Below the pieces are notes generated by a model. The model had not been told where the DNA came from. It worked only from the letters and a program-made list of their open reading frames with translations, and made no database searches. Made by a program: the position numbers and the translations under genes. Shown piece after piece: positions 14,396 to 27,399 of a DNA stretch of 64,000 nt. Every line of letters begins with the position of its first letter. The first letter of the stretch is position 1. The DNA comes from Leptogorgia sarmentosa (taxonomy: Eukaryota). The DNA lies in NCBI GenBank assembly GCA_964658305.1, contig OZ210884.1, positions 7,502,001-7,566,000 of the forward strand, given 5' to 3'.

Positions 14396-17300
14396 ATGGC
14401 TACAGCAGTAACTTCGCCTGCAAAAGCAACTCCGTCGACTGCCATCACAGATGAGCAACGAAGATGGGTCGTTATTGGTATTTGTCTGAACAAATTACTT
14501 ACTCCGGTGTTGAGGACAGTCCTTGGCAAAGAAATTCCACTTTGGTATAACGGGCTTTGTCATTCGCCCAAACCTATTGCAAGACAAATTTACGGAACAC
14601 AGGTAAAAACATTACCACCATCCAAGGTAAAACTAAATTACGGCAATATCAACAAGAATTATGACAATCACAAGTCAACATATAATGCTTATGATTATAA
14701 CGTCAAAGATCCAGAATCCCTTGCCAAGTTATTTGTGCAGCCATTTATGGCAAACTTCACTGGTTTTGATCAAACTATGGATTTGTCTGCTGCATTAACA
14801 TTAATCTGTGAAGCTGATCCATTTCACCCTTCTGGTGCTGCAGCTCAGGCAAATATTGTTCGTTCAATGGTGAGGAATGAATGGGCGCATTGTGTCTTTT
14901 CTCACTGGAGTGATGTGAATTATCACACATCCATACAACATATCGAGTCACTCGTGAAGATACTAAAATTGCCTAGTGCTGATGAAAATGATTTTCTTAA
15001 TGAGCTGAATAACTGGAAAGATAAAGGTAATTGATTTCTTAAATACGCACTATGCTATTTGTTCTCACGCGGCTATATCCCCGGACAACAAGTAAAAATT
15101 CTTGTCCCTTCTTCCCAGTTATGTACTTAATGTTCAAAATTTGCTAGCACATATCTTTGGTTATAAAGTTCAAGGAGATAATAGTCAAGTACCCACAGTT
15201 CTTGATTTTGGTGGCCTGTAGCCTAATTCGGGTCGATATGTTAGTTGTCTAGATATCGATATTATAAATGTTAAGGTGGATATAACAATTTAATTGTTTG
15301 ATCAAGCCCAACTCTGAGGTGATTGTTACTGACTACAGGTCGTACATGATGAGTTATGCGAGGGTATAACATTTTTCTAAAAATTACGGTTTACCTCATA
15401 TTTATCATGAACAAAGATACTGAAAAGTATTTTGGGTACAATGGCAAGCAACAACGACAAAGAAGTTATAAACTACAACAAATACCAGAGGCGGCGGAAC
15501 ATATTTTATTTTGGGGGGGCTAAATTTTAAAAAAGTTTATCGTAGTTTTTGTCTAGGTGGAAACACAAACGGCATAGCGTGTAGTCACTGTAGTGATGTC
15601 TCCTACTTTGAAAAATTGTTGAAAATCTACAAAAATGCGGATATCAGGATATGCAATTGTGCATAGTGCATACTGTAGAGTGTAGATTTTTTTATCATCT
15701 CATGACTCAGTGTCTCGCATTCTGGTATTCTTTATGTATTTTGGGGGGGGCTAAGCCCCCCCACTTTTACTTCTGGGGGGGCTTTTAGCCCCCTAGCCCC
15801 CCCTGTTCCGCCGCCACTGACAAATACCTCACACCTCATTAGGAACCTTTAAGGTGAAGTTTTTAACTTATTAAAAAAATGCTTTGTCGTTTAGGATGTT
15901 CATGTTTACGTACACCATAATGTAAACAAAGATGTAAAGTGAAAGTAGTCCTCGTTGTGAAGTTTAGCTTGATCGCGTCAATAACTTAAATTATAATATA
16001 AGTAGGGTAAAATCTGCAACGTGATTGGCTAATGAGCGTGCATTATAACAGCGTAATGCACGCATCTAGCTATTAAATTTCCCCGCGACTCTTTGGTTTG
16101 ACAAAAAGACAATAAAATTACATATATACTAAAAATACATCCATAAAAAAGGCTTGAATTGTTTGCTTTCGCTCAGCTAAAGGAATAAAGCTGTGTTGCT
16201 GCTTGGCAGCATTTTAGAACACGCTTGATTACATGTAAAGAGAATTGTAATTTTGATCTTCCTAACGAAGTTATTTGTTGCGCTAATATTCTCTTATATT
16301 ATAAAAGAAATAGAAAAACTCGTCGCGTGCCATTATGCTGTTATAATTGCACTCGGGCAATGTTGTGAGAATACTCGAGAATCGCGTAAAACACTCGGCC
16401 CCTCGTGCATTATAACAGCATAATGGCACGCGACTCGTTCTCTATTTCTTAAATATGCCAAACATGCAAGGCATTACTTTGCGCAAACATTGCTTCCTGT
16501 TGCACTGTATGGTTGACAGAATAAACGTTGATATTGCATTTTGTTTGTACATGTTAACCACGACGACAACTATTAATTAACTAATCACACGAGGGTTGTA
16601 ATTACTCCACAGGAAATCTTCCAAAAGCATAATGATGTTTTTTATTATAAATCATTATTAGTGACTGAAGAAAAATTTATAGGTTACTGCTACTTTAAAT
16701 TGAATTGTTTAAAGGTCCGCAATTATGCTGTGGTCAGGCAGTAGACGCTGATCTTCTTAAAACCGTCAAGAATGAAGTTTCTGTTCTCTTCAATTCTGTG
16801 ACAGCATGGCAAGAAGAAAGCCAAGAGTTACAGGTATGATCGAATCTATAATATAGCCAACAGTAATTCAACAAAGTCGAAATCACTTATGCATCCTATA
16901 ATGTTGCCGATATTCATAGATTGATTTTCAAATTGATATGAATTTACTATGGCTTTTACACCAAACCTCAAGAAAAATACAGAAGCTATAGCTTTGAATT
17001 TGTCATCGAACATGGTGGTTAAAACTAGATATATGTATAGTAATAAATACATAAAGAAATCGGCATATTTCTAAACCTGAGTATAAACCATACCGGACCA
17101 TTCACTGACATTTACGTCAAACTTTCGTTATCTTAGGTGTGATAAAAGAATTTATGCAAAAACGTTCTGCAAATGACTAGTCGGAGTATTGTCTGTTTTC
17201 TTAATCAATCTAACTTATTTTAAAAGCCAACAAAATTCACTGATCACTTCCTCGTTGCTACAGGGTTTAGTCTCGTTGTTTAGCGAGTATTTTGGGCCAC

Positions 17301-20300
17301 ATTTTAACAACCAATGTCTCATTGACAGTTATTTGGATCAAAATATAATCAAAGCCAGGACCATCGTGAAGGTAGTTGAACTGATAGGGGGGGGGGGGGG
17401 CAGTCTTGCCAACAAATGATTGAATTGCCGACAGTGACAGTTTTTCGAGGGGAGGGGGGCACACCCCTCCCCTTAAAAAATTCAATTTGAAATACTAGTA
17501 ACCTAAACTCAAACTTCAAGATTTTTTCACTTTCTTTCAGACCCAGTTAAAAGATAGGTTGCAATCTGTTGAAAAGTCCTTTGATCAACAAATCCAAGAC
17601 ATTGAGAAAATTCAATCAACAATGGGAAAAGATATTGAAACGATGGGAAAAGATATTGAAGAAATAAAAAGCAATTATCAAGTAACGTCTCAACAATTGG
17701 AAGTTCTGGAGAATGAAGTGGCAAAACTTTCCAACGCAGAGCAGAAAATTCCCTCTCTCTTTATGTTGCCTGACAGAACAGTCTGGTTCTCTGGGCGAGA
17801 ATCTGAGCTGGACAATCTTCACGCTCTTCTTCAAGTGAGTGTGGATATCAACGACACCAAAGTCCAAATCACATCCGTGTGCGGGTTAGGAGGATGTGGC
17901 AAGACAAGTCTCGCTGCTGAATACGCACATCGACAGAGAGATTTCTACCAAGGAGGTGTGTTCTGGTTTTCTGGCGAAGATGAAGAAAAGTTTGCCAACT
18001 CATTAGATGAGCCTGCAGTATATTTTGGAACATTACTTGAAACGTCCCCGGGAAGAACGCTTATCAAAACCCTGGAATTGATCTCTAGGATTGAAAAACC
18101 ATGGCTAATTGTTCTTGACGATATGGACGAATTCAAGCTTTCCTCCAACATTGGGATGTTGTTATCTGGCCCGTGGAAACGTAGAGTGAGAGGATCTGGC
18201 CATATTTTGATAACTACAAGAAGAAAACCAAAAGCGATGAGTGAAACCATCCGAGGATTCCAAGAGTCGCAATGTCTGCAACTTGAATGTTTCAGCTCAG
18301 ATGATGGAAGGCGTTTCGTGTTTAACAGAACTGGAATTTCGCCAGACGAGAAAACAGTGTCCGAGGCTGATACCCTTGTGGAGACTCTTGGGGGGCTCCC
18401 ACTTGCGTTGGAGCAAGCCTGTGCGTATATTAGCATTCTTTCCTGCACCCTTGATGCTTATTTACAGCAGTACAACCAGTATTCCATCCGTCTTTTAAAA
18501 GACCAAGAAGCTGCTCCTGCATCCCAGTTTGTAGCAAAGGAAAGGTTGGCGGTTCATACTACATGGTTGCTAAACTTTGATCATATTAAACAAAGTGCCC
18601 ATGGAAAGTTTGCCGCTAGGTTTTTCCATGCTTGTGCTTTTTTTGATCCTGCTGAAATTCAGAAAGAGCTCATTAATCCAGGGAAACCTGCAATCGAAGA
18701 CGAGGCTTACCAAGCATACATCGACTCACCACTGGGTTCATCACACATCTTAAAGCTCCTTACCGATTTTTCCCTCTTTAAAGAAAGTCGGAATTCTATC
18801 AGTGTCCATCGTTTGGTTCAAGAAGTAATACGAGATAACTTTCAGCCGGAGGAATACGTTTTGTCTTTTGTTGATGCAGTACGATTTTTGTGCTATGCCT
18901 TCTCACGCTTACGTTCTCCAGATGAACTCTTAACTAGCGTGGTCACAAATCGCCATGACCGAGCATCCCTTCAGGCAATTGATCCATCACTGTTCTATAA
19001 TTGGTATAAGATGTGTTTTCATGCTCATGAAGTGCGAAAGCTTCTTTCGAATTTCTTAAAATCATCTCAGGTTTTGGATCAAAGAATCGTCACCGCTGAA
19101 ACAGCCAGATTGGTATATGAGTGTGCTCTTCATTTTCATGCTAACAACAAGGCAGCTGAAGCTAAAGAAGCTGTAGATTTCGCTTACAAAATTATTCGCT
19201 CAGGAAACTCCTCTTTAACAAAAGAAGATTTGAAAACCTTGTTCCCTCACGAAATACCTCTGCCAGAATTAGTTCGGAGAGTTATCTCATATTCCTGTAT
19301 TGCGCCGCGTGATGATGCCAATAGTTTTTCTTGTGTTGAAAAAGATGCAAATATAATATCGACATCAGATCTTAAAGAACAAGGTAATGATTATTTTAAG
19401 AAAGGGAACTTTCAAAAAGCAGTCGAAACGTACACTTCTGCAATAACGTTGACCGATGAAACAAGTTCCTTTGATCCGACACTTCTTAGTAACAGAGCTT
19501 CAGCTTTCATTAGGCTGGAAAAATTTGAAGATGCTTTAAGGGATGCTGACGCTTACATTACACATCGCCCTAATTGCTGCAAGGGCTATGCCAGAAAAGC
19601 ACTAGCATTACATGGATTGAACAGACATTGGGATGCGTATTGTGCCGCAGCGTTAGCATACTATTTTGAGAAGAATATTTTCAACATATTTGAACCATTC
19701 AAGAACCTGTTTCTTCCTTTGAAAGATCGCATACATATTTGCGGACCAAATATCTCGTCACTTGCGTCTATCTTCTATTGTAATTCTCCTTCTGAGAATG
19801 AGGCTGAAATACCTCGTAAAATCGTCATTCTCGAACCTGGTGATTATTTTTTCAAGACACCAATACATATCGGTGCATGTGATTCTATTCTCACTGGAAT
19901 TGAGGACGTTTCATCGAAACGGAGTGCTTTGCTACATTTTCATGGAGGAAAAAAATTAGTATTTTTCAGACGTATATTGGCCCAAAACGTTTCTTTTTCC
20001 TTTGATTCGGGATGCGTGGACATCTACGATGATTGCAACGCAAATTTCGTGAATTGTCATTTTACAAGCAATGCGGAACAATGCGATGAAGCTGTTCTCT
20101 CTTCTGGAGTTGCAACTTTTACTGCTTGTCATTTTGAGAATTGCAGAGGAAATGCATTGAGTACTTTTGGGAAAACGTTCATCAACAAGTGTGTCTTCTC
20201 GGCAAGTGGCGAGTGTGGAGTGCGAGTCCTTGAAAATGGCGAGTTAGAAATGAAGGAGAGTAAGGCTCATGGGAATAAGGTTGGAGTCCACATGATGGAA

Positions 20301-21395
20301 GAATCTAGGCACTGTCTTATCGTTGATTGTGAGATATACGATAACCGTTTGCAAGGCATTGTGACAAACAATAGTTTTGATAAACATATCCTTCGTAACC
20401 GCATCTATCAAAATGACCGACATGGGATTTATATGGAAGGAGAATCATTTACACATATTGAAGAAAACGAAATCTTTGAGAATTGTTGGAATGGTATAGC
20501 TACCATGTACAATGCAAGGTGCAAGGTTATTAAAAACAAAGTTTATCGCAATAAGCATGGTGGTATACAAGTCGTACCGATCGGTCCGGGCCCAGAAGAA
20601 TGTCACTCTGTAGTTGAAAATAATGAGATTTTTGAAAATTGTGGACCCGCTATTTACGACAAAATGGTATTTAGTGATCATCCGAGTATACCTAGGGAAC
20701 GGACATTAAACGAATTCGAAGTTTTTGAAAATAATCGTGACGAAATGAGAACAGCAAAGTGCAAACAAAACAAGGAAAGAAACAATAATAAAGCCATTAA
20801 AACCAATTTTGAAGATGAGAGTGAAACGCTTAATTTCTGCGCATTTTGTTGCAAAAAGAAACCATTAAGGCATTGTAAGGGATGTTATTCCGTTGGATAT
20901 TGCAATAAAAAATGCCAAAGGAATGACTGGAGAACTAAAGATCATAAAAAGATATGTAGTTCTTTATTACAGGAATCCAGTTTCATCATAAATGTTCTTC
21001 CGAAGCATAGGTTACTAGGCACGCCTTCCAAGGATGATATGATTCAACTAATTTTCAACCAACAAGCACCAGGTCTTGATCCCAAGGGTCCAGAATATGC
21101 AGAGTCACCCAAGTATGGAAAGAGGTTTATTGTAAAGGTTCAGGCAGGAGATAGCGTACGACAGTCGAACTTATGTAGTTCTCTGCTTGTTATTTACGAT
21201 CGCAGCATGAACATTCATGGTGATCTTGATAAGGATAAACATCGACAACTTTATGACATGGTGCACAGGTGTGGTAAAAATTCTTATGGAATTGGATGGT
21301 CAAAAATGTTCTTTTGGGCTGTGTTCTCCGAGCCGAATAATTTTGATGTATTGCGAATCTTCACGAAACGGCTTCCACCTTACCAAAATTGGTAA
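14396..21395 (+). CDS. NLR-like STAND protein: HEPN (DZIP3-like) - coiled coil - NB-ARC NTPase - TPR - right-handed beta-helix (PbH1/CASH) - MYND zinc finger - C-terminal domain, ~1534 aa
   Basis: Exons 14396-15026 (phase 1), 16715-16833 (phase 0) and 17541-21395 splice in frame. Motifs: RNEWAH (14873-14890), FSGRESEL, Walker A GLGGCGKT, Walker B WLIVLDDMD, ILITTR, GGLPLALEQA, VHRLVQEV. TPRs LKEQGNDYFKKG/SNRASAFIRL/KGYARKA. Repeated I-x-x-N-x-I-x-x-N-x-x-x-GI beta-helix turns. MYND CAFC..CKGC..YCNKKCQRNDW...HKKIC (20838-20957). Confidence 0.88.
15486..15819. mobile_element. hAT-like MITE in intron 1 of STAND gene 1
   Basis: TIRs CAGAGGCGGCGGAACA / TGTTCCGCCGCCACTG with a perfect 8-bp target-site duplication ACAAATAC (15478-15485 and 15820-15827). 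Confidence 0.85.
16305..16450. repeat. Hairpin-forming interspersed repeat (probably part of a larger element from ~16000)
   Basis: AAGAAATAGAAAAACTCGTCGCGTGCCATTATGCTGTTATAAT is inverted at ATTATAACAGCATAATGGCACGCGACTCGTTCTCTATTTCTT. A similarly built hairpin lies at ~23612-23752. Confidence 0.6.
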
Positions 21396-21996
21396 ACACT
21401 AATCGTACAGTTCCTTTTGCCTGACTTAATGTCTGTTATTTCTATAATCTGTGTTTTCTGTCCCGAAATATAATGTAGCTAGTATATATAATTACAATGA
21501 TGATTGACTACATTCATGTACTGGAAACAAACTTGTGATAATACGTGAACAATATATAGTCTTTGAAAACTTGTGTAAAAACAAATCCAGGAGGAGTTAA
21601 CGAGAGTACTGCAGATGAGCTGACAATAAAGCCGATCAATTTGATTAAATAAAGATGCAAAGATAAAATGTAAACATGCAACTGCGAGTTTCCGTTTCCA
21701 GAAAGGTTTCTAAACTTTTATTTCTTTCATCAGTTGAAACTGGCTAAAATATACGCAGAGCATTTCAAAGCGCATCTATAGCTAATTTGGTACGCAGAGC
21801 ATCCAATTTCAGTTGCGTACGAAGCACCGTTGCTATTTGCATATGTGCATGCCATGTCTTTCACGACTCGCTGCCTAATTGTCCAACTGAAGATCGGAAA
21901 AATTCCAAAACAAGTCCTAGCTATGTACCGATGATATATCCAGGACTTTGATACTCGCAAGCTCTTATTGAATGAAGCGACAATTTCATACCAGCA

Positions 21997-22120
21997 GGGC
22001 TAGTTCAGACGTCCAACTTTTCATGCGCCGAATCATGTTTTAAATGAGCTAAGTTCTGTGTTTGAGCTCATTTGCATTAGGTTCGGCACATGAAAAGTTG
22101 GACGTCTGAACTATAGGCCT
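21997..22120. mobile_element. ~120-bp palindromic Harbinger-like MITE
   Basis: TAGTTCAGACGTCCAACTTTTCATG..CCGAA / TTCGGCACATGAAAAGTTGGACGTCTGAACTA inverted repeat. Same family as 44169-44288. Confidence 0.7.
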
Positions 22121-22836
22121 AATAATTTATGTTTAAAAACGACGTCAATAATCATAGTCATAAATACACTGAACTATGAGTTCTTACGGAGTAACACCGA
22201 CTTTAACTTGAGAAGAGAGAATACTTTAAGGTTCCCATTACAAGTATATAAATTCTAAATTAGGTGAATTTTACAGTGTCCCACTCTCCTGCAAAAGTAC
22301 ACTGTGGATGCGTCCCAGGCATACCTCGGGCATTTGTGAACCATGCATGCAGTCTTAATGTTTCTTCCGGTTTTCGATGTTTTTTTCGACAGACTCAAGA
22401 TCATTTTTGAATGAATGAAATTTTTATTTAACACGGAAATTTTATTATTCAAATAATTCTCTTTCCATGGGACGTCCATCAAGGATGCAAGAAAGAAAAA
22501 GCAATATTTAATACGTTACGGTAAAAATTTATATATAATCCATGCTGCTTATAATATTGAACATTCCTTACGTCATAAAACTTGGACAAATATTTACCTG
22601 TCAATATATAATTTATAAACTGATCATTTTTGAAGAGTTGAGTTTCTAATGAAAGAAGATAGCGATTTTAATTAAGCAATTTTAATTAAGCAATTAAATT
22701 AAGCAATTTTAATTAAAATCATGATCCGCTCTTCATTATGATTGGCTAGTATTCGTCCCTTGCTTTTAAGAATTAACCGCTTCGAATTATTCATACCCAC
22801 GAACAGAAATTCAAATCATGTTCACCGCGAATTATA

Positions 22837-25800
22837 ATGTTGCCGTATTATTTCTGCTCAACAAAGACCGCAAGTAAACATGGCAAAACTTTCATTTATT
22901 TTACAATGTGCTTGCTAAAAAGTATTTGTATATGCGAGGGAATGAAAATAGATTTCTGCTTCGATGGGAACAAGGAAGGTAAGCTTTTATTTGTAAAATC
23001 ATTTCACGACTGTTGTATATACAGTCATGCTTGTGTGCTCAAACCTCTCCATGGGACTATGCCGTATACGTTGCTGTACTCTCGAATTCGTAAGATTTTC
23101 CAAACAGTTGCGATTGACATTGTTTAATTTGTTGTAGCTAATCGCGAGATTTAAGAAGTTGTTTCATGTAGCTACAGTGCCTGCATGATAATAAAAGAAA
23201 CATACAAGGTATAAAACCTTGAGAGCACAATATAGATAAAGAATAATTCACGATGGTAAAGATTGATCCAAATCTATATATGTATCACATTAACCTGACA
23301 AAAATATTTCATTATTGATATTCCCTATTTCCGCAAATTGAATTAGCTAGATTTTTGCAGTACGACGCCGCTTTCATTGGTAGGCCGGAGGCATTTTCAT
23401 ACGTATACTACAGTATAAGCAGTCAAATGTATTTCATTGAATGCTGTCGGATCTCAAAAATCAGTATCGGCTCTGCTATGTTATAGTCATTAATGTAAAA
23501 TCTAGTTACATAGCTAAAGGCTTTTTGCAGCAGGGTGTGAGCATGTTAAAGAAAGTGTCTGGCACTTATTTTTACAATTGTTAGCTATCTTTATATTTGC
23601 TGTCGAATATAGGCAGGATTGTGTCATCCATGCACGCAGGTTATGGCGAGAGTTTCGGGAAGTGGAAAAAAAATCACAAGCCGCAGGCGAGTGATTTTTA
23701 GCTTTCCAAAACTCTAGCCACATCCCAAGTGCATGGATGACGCAATCATGCACAGGAAACCATTCGGTAATTGTTGTAGAAAATAACTACAATGCAGCAA
23801 CGGAAAATGTTGATTTCCTCTCCATAAATAGGAGAAACACTTGTTTGTTGTTTTCGATAGAAAACTTGTTTTCGACAAGAAACACTTGTTTGTTGTTTTT
23901 GACGTTTCTGTCAAATCTTCGTGTTTTACTTCTATCTTATTTTAAAAACATTTAACCAGCATTTTAAAAATCCCGTGACTTGTGATATAGCTAAGCATTA
24001 ATTCCGTGGAGAATACTGTGTAAGATTGTTAAATCGTGCACGGCTATTGACCAATGAAATTGCGTGTTTTACTGCATGTAATACTCTCTTTCCTCAGGTC
24101 ATCGTTTACAGTATCCTGTAGCAAAACATCTCAGTGCTGTGTCTGGAGTAGAATGCATTTTTCTGTGTATGCTTGAAGACGAATGTTGTCAGTCAGTTAA
24201 TTACAGGAAATCTTCATGTTCTGGAGAGAAAAACTGCGCACTACTTCATAGCTCAGCTTCAGTGAAACCTAAACGTCTACGAAAAAATGTTACCTTTGAT
24301 CATTATGTTTTACTCCAACCAAAACGGGTAGGTATGGTGTGTGTAAGACTTTATTTAGGGCGAAGATTCCTTATTATATAGATTATAGATCCATAAAAAT
24401 GTTACATTACACAACTTGGCAAAGCCATTGACAACGAGGGAAATTTGACGCATAATGTAAGTCTACTGCGGTTTTGTACGCTTACAACTTGCGCGTGTTT
24501 ACGTGTGTATATATATGTCCACCAAGACGAGATCTAGTGCGTGTGCTATCTCCAGTTTTAGAAGCTTCATGTGTTGTTCTAGTATGTCTATAGTGGCTAT
24601 TTTTTGCTCAGGATCCGACAACATTCAAGTGTCCAGATTCTCGATGTTTGAATGGTGGAAAATGTGCTGGAGGATGTGGAAATACAACATCATTTTGTAA
24701 CTGTCCCGTTCGTTACACTGGAAAACATTGTGAGATTAACATGTGTAAGTAATGTAAGAGGAGCTTGTAGCTTAAATTCTTGCGAATGAACCTTACCTAT
24801 TATTATGCATTGTGACGTCACAAGAGGGGATATTGCAGGGAATTCTGGTTAATTTTGAAGGCCCACTGGTGAATTTCAAAACAAATAAATTTCCTATAAT
24901 TAATCAGGTCGATTAGATCATATTTTTTTTCGTGAAACATGTTCCCAACATGTTTTTGATTAGAAAAGTTGGGACTTCTTAGCAAGTCACGGACGGTGTG
25001 TTTCTGAAAATAAATTAATTATCTTATTATCAACTATTGATCGTCATGAAAACATGACAATACCACAATGGTGGACAACTCCACAAATCGCGACGATCTA
25101 AATTTCGCCAACTAAGTTGTGTACAATTCAGTGGATACTATGTCTTATATTGATGGACTTGTAACAATTAAGACAGACAATTGGACAACTCCCACCAAGA
25201 TGTTTTGCTTATAAAACGTACATATATTTACATATATTTACCAAGTGATTAGATAGTTACGTAAGTCTCAACAATAGGTTATCTGACCCCAGTATTGGTT
25301 CTCGTTTGCCCCTTTCTTATACATAGGCTGCATTGTTGGCAGTTTTAAGTGATTGTATGGCATACACAGCGATCGCGAAATTATTTTTCAAGTGCGCGTG
25401 GTGTGGTGTTAATCTTAGCCCATACGTATACTGTCGTTAATTTAGAAATAAATTGTTTTCTCAGATCCCAGTACATGCGAACATGTACAAGAAAGTCACG
25501 AGCATACAGCCGATGGCGAGTATGATCTCTACTTAAAGTGGCCACATTGCAATGAGTCTGCAAAGATTTATTGTGCAGATATGAATTCAACAAAACCTAA
25601 AGAATATGTCACATTGCCAACAGGAGGAAGAAATAACTATGCACTTCATTACAACAAGAAAAGTGGCTACACAAAACAAGCACAGTGGACACGCTTCGAA
25701 AAGGTATTTTTCGCGTATACCTAATACTTTTATTACCCATTTTTTATTTGTACAACATACTAATACTTGACAAAAATATACCTCGAATTGTTAAATCAAA

Positions 25801-26409
25801 AATCTTAATTACACCAATGAACGTTCGATTTATAAATAGTCAAACTCGAAAGTGAGGCTGAGACAAACTTATCATTGTTCACTGGCTACAGCTTACAGTT
25901 TAATCGCAAAATTTTCTGCCAACAGATAACTGAGGTATTTTTGGCAAAATGAGCCTACGATGATTAGCAAGCGGTATATCTATTTAACATAAACAAATGC
26001 CAATGTTTTCAAAAATATGAACAGGCCAAACAGGCCCAAATTCCCAAAACTGCATAATTTTTTCTAGGTGCGTCTCAATGTTGGCGATTATTCAGTCAAC
26101 ATAACAGACTTCCGATTTGCCACGACCACCATGTCGAACGTGTTTCATGGTTTTGCCACAGCTAGCGACTGCCTTTCCCTTTCCTGTTCACAAGAAAGTA
26201 GAAAAGGAAACTTCACGGTCGATGTTACTGGTACAAATTTTCTGTTACCATACAACATTCCATATGCATTTCATTCATGGCCGCCCTGTACAAAGAATGT
26301 GTTTAAGAAATTCATGAGTTCCGATCGCCGACAGTGGTCAGGATTCTGCGGAGGATACTGCGGTCGTTGCTGGCCTAAAAAATTTTATCTCGTGTTTGAA
26401 AGATGCTAA
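22837..26409 (+). CDS. PAN/Apple - EGF - GON domain protein (probably secreted)
   Basis: Exons ~22837-22978 (start uncertain; phase-1 donor G|GTAAGC), 24098-24327 (PAN: ECIFLC..CCQSVNY..NCAL..FDHY), 24612-24744 (EGF: CPDSRCLNGGKC..CNCPVRYTGKHCE), 25465-25703 (PSTCEHVQ..DGEYDL..KIYCADMNSTKPKEYVTLP) and 26068-26409 (VRLN..TDFRFA..FATASDC..GNFTVDVTGTNF..GFCGGYCGRCWP). The last two exons match the GON domain of ADAMTS9/20-type proteins. Confidence 0.8.
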
Positions 26410-26890
26410 AGTTATTCACAAGAACATATAAAAATTTTATCTCGTCTTTGAAAGATGTTAAAGTTATTCACAGGAACATATAAAAATTTTATCTCGTGTT
26501 TGAAAGATGTTAAAGTTATTCACAAGAACATATAAAAATTTTATCTCGTCTTTGAAAGATGTTAAAGTTATTCACAGGAACATATAGAAATTTTATCTCG
26601 TGTTTGAAAGATGTTAAAGTTATTCACAGGAACATATAAAAATTTTATCTCGTGTTTGAAAGATGCTAAAGTTATTCACAAGAACATATAAAAATTTTAT
26701 CTCGTGTTTGAAAGATGCTAAAGTTATTCACAAGAACATATAAAAATTTTATCTCGTGTTTGAAAGATGTTAAAGTTATTCACAGGAACATATAAAAATT
26801 TTATCTCGTGTTTGAAAGATGTTAAAGTTATTCACAGAAACATAAAAATTTTATCTCGTGTTTGAAAGATGTTATAAAGTTATTCACAGG
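26377..26890 (+). repeat. 52-bp tandem repeat, ~10 copies, starting within the last codons of the GON gene
   Basis: Unit AAAAATTTTATCTCGTGTTTGAAAGATGTTAAAGTTATTCACAGGAACATAT with minor variants. The first copy encodes FYLVFERC-stop. Confidence 0.9.
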
Positions 26891-27399
26891 AGCATATTTA
26901 ACTCAGATTGTACTTCACTTTGTTGAATGCATGCAACCCCTGAAGAATAAAAAACATTTTAAAACTATTAATTTCGAAACCATCCTAGAAGACGCTTATT
27001 GGCCTACGGAACGTAGCCGGACCGGAACAATGCCACTCATGCACCAGAATGTGCGAAGTCCCGTTTGTCGTATACATTATTCATGCCATTTCAAAAGCTT
27101 TTCATTATTTCAAAATATCATGATTGTAAGAAAAGACAGGAGAAAATTATTTTGTGTTGACTTAGAGTTCATATATATGTACTCTTAAGACATCATAAAA
27201 AACATCTGTTCCATAGCAGACCGATATATTCATTTCGACATGCATATTTTATTTGTAATACATTTCGAGCATACATAACTTTTAGCATAGTTTTACACCA
27301 GTCTTAAGTTTAAATCTTGAACGTTGCCATAAACCTATACATATTGCAGCAATATATCCTATCCAAATTCAAGATATCATATTTTTGTATCATTATTAA

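Noticed and set aside
17945..18448. 167-aa minus-strand ORF
   Set aside because: Antisense to the NB-ARC coding region with no independent motifs.
17559..21395. Long single-exon STAND ORFs (also 55140-58541) as bacterial genes, HGT or contamination
   Set aside because: Both splice in frame to upstream exons through canonical GT/AG introns (a MITE sits in intron 1 of gene 1). The TTG starts in the ORF track are internal codons.
26377..26890. 52-bp repeat array as a CRISPR array
   Set aside because: Units are contiguous with no unique spacers, there are no cas genes, and the context is eukaryotic.
26862..27188. 108-aa ORF conserved in both duplicates (also 35360-35686)
   Set aside because: Starts at TTG inside the tandem repeat, has no recognisable domain, and its conservation is explained by the recent duplication.
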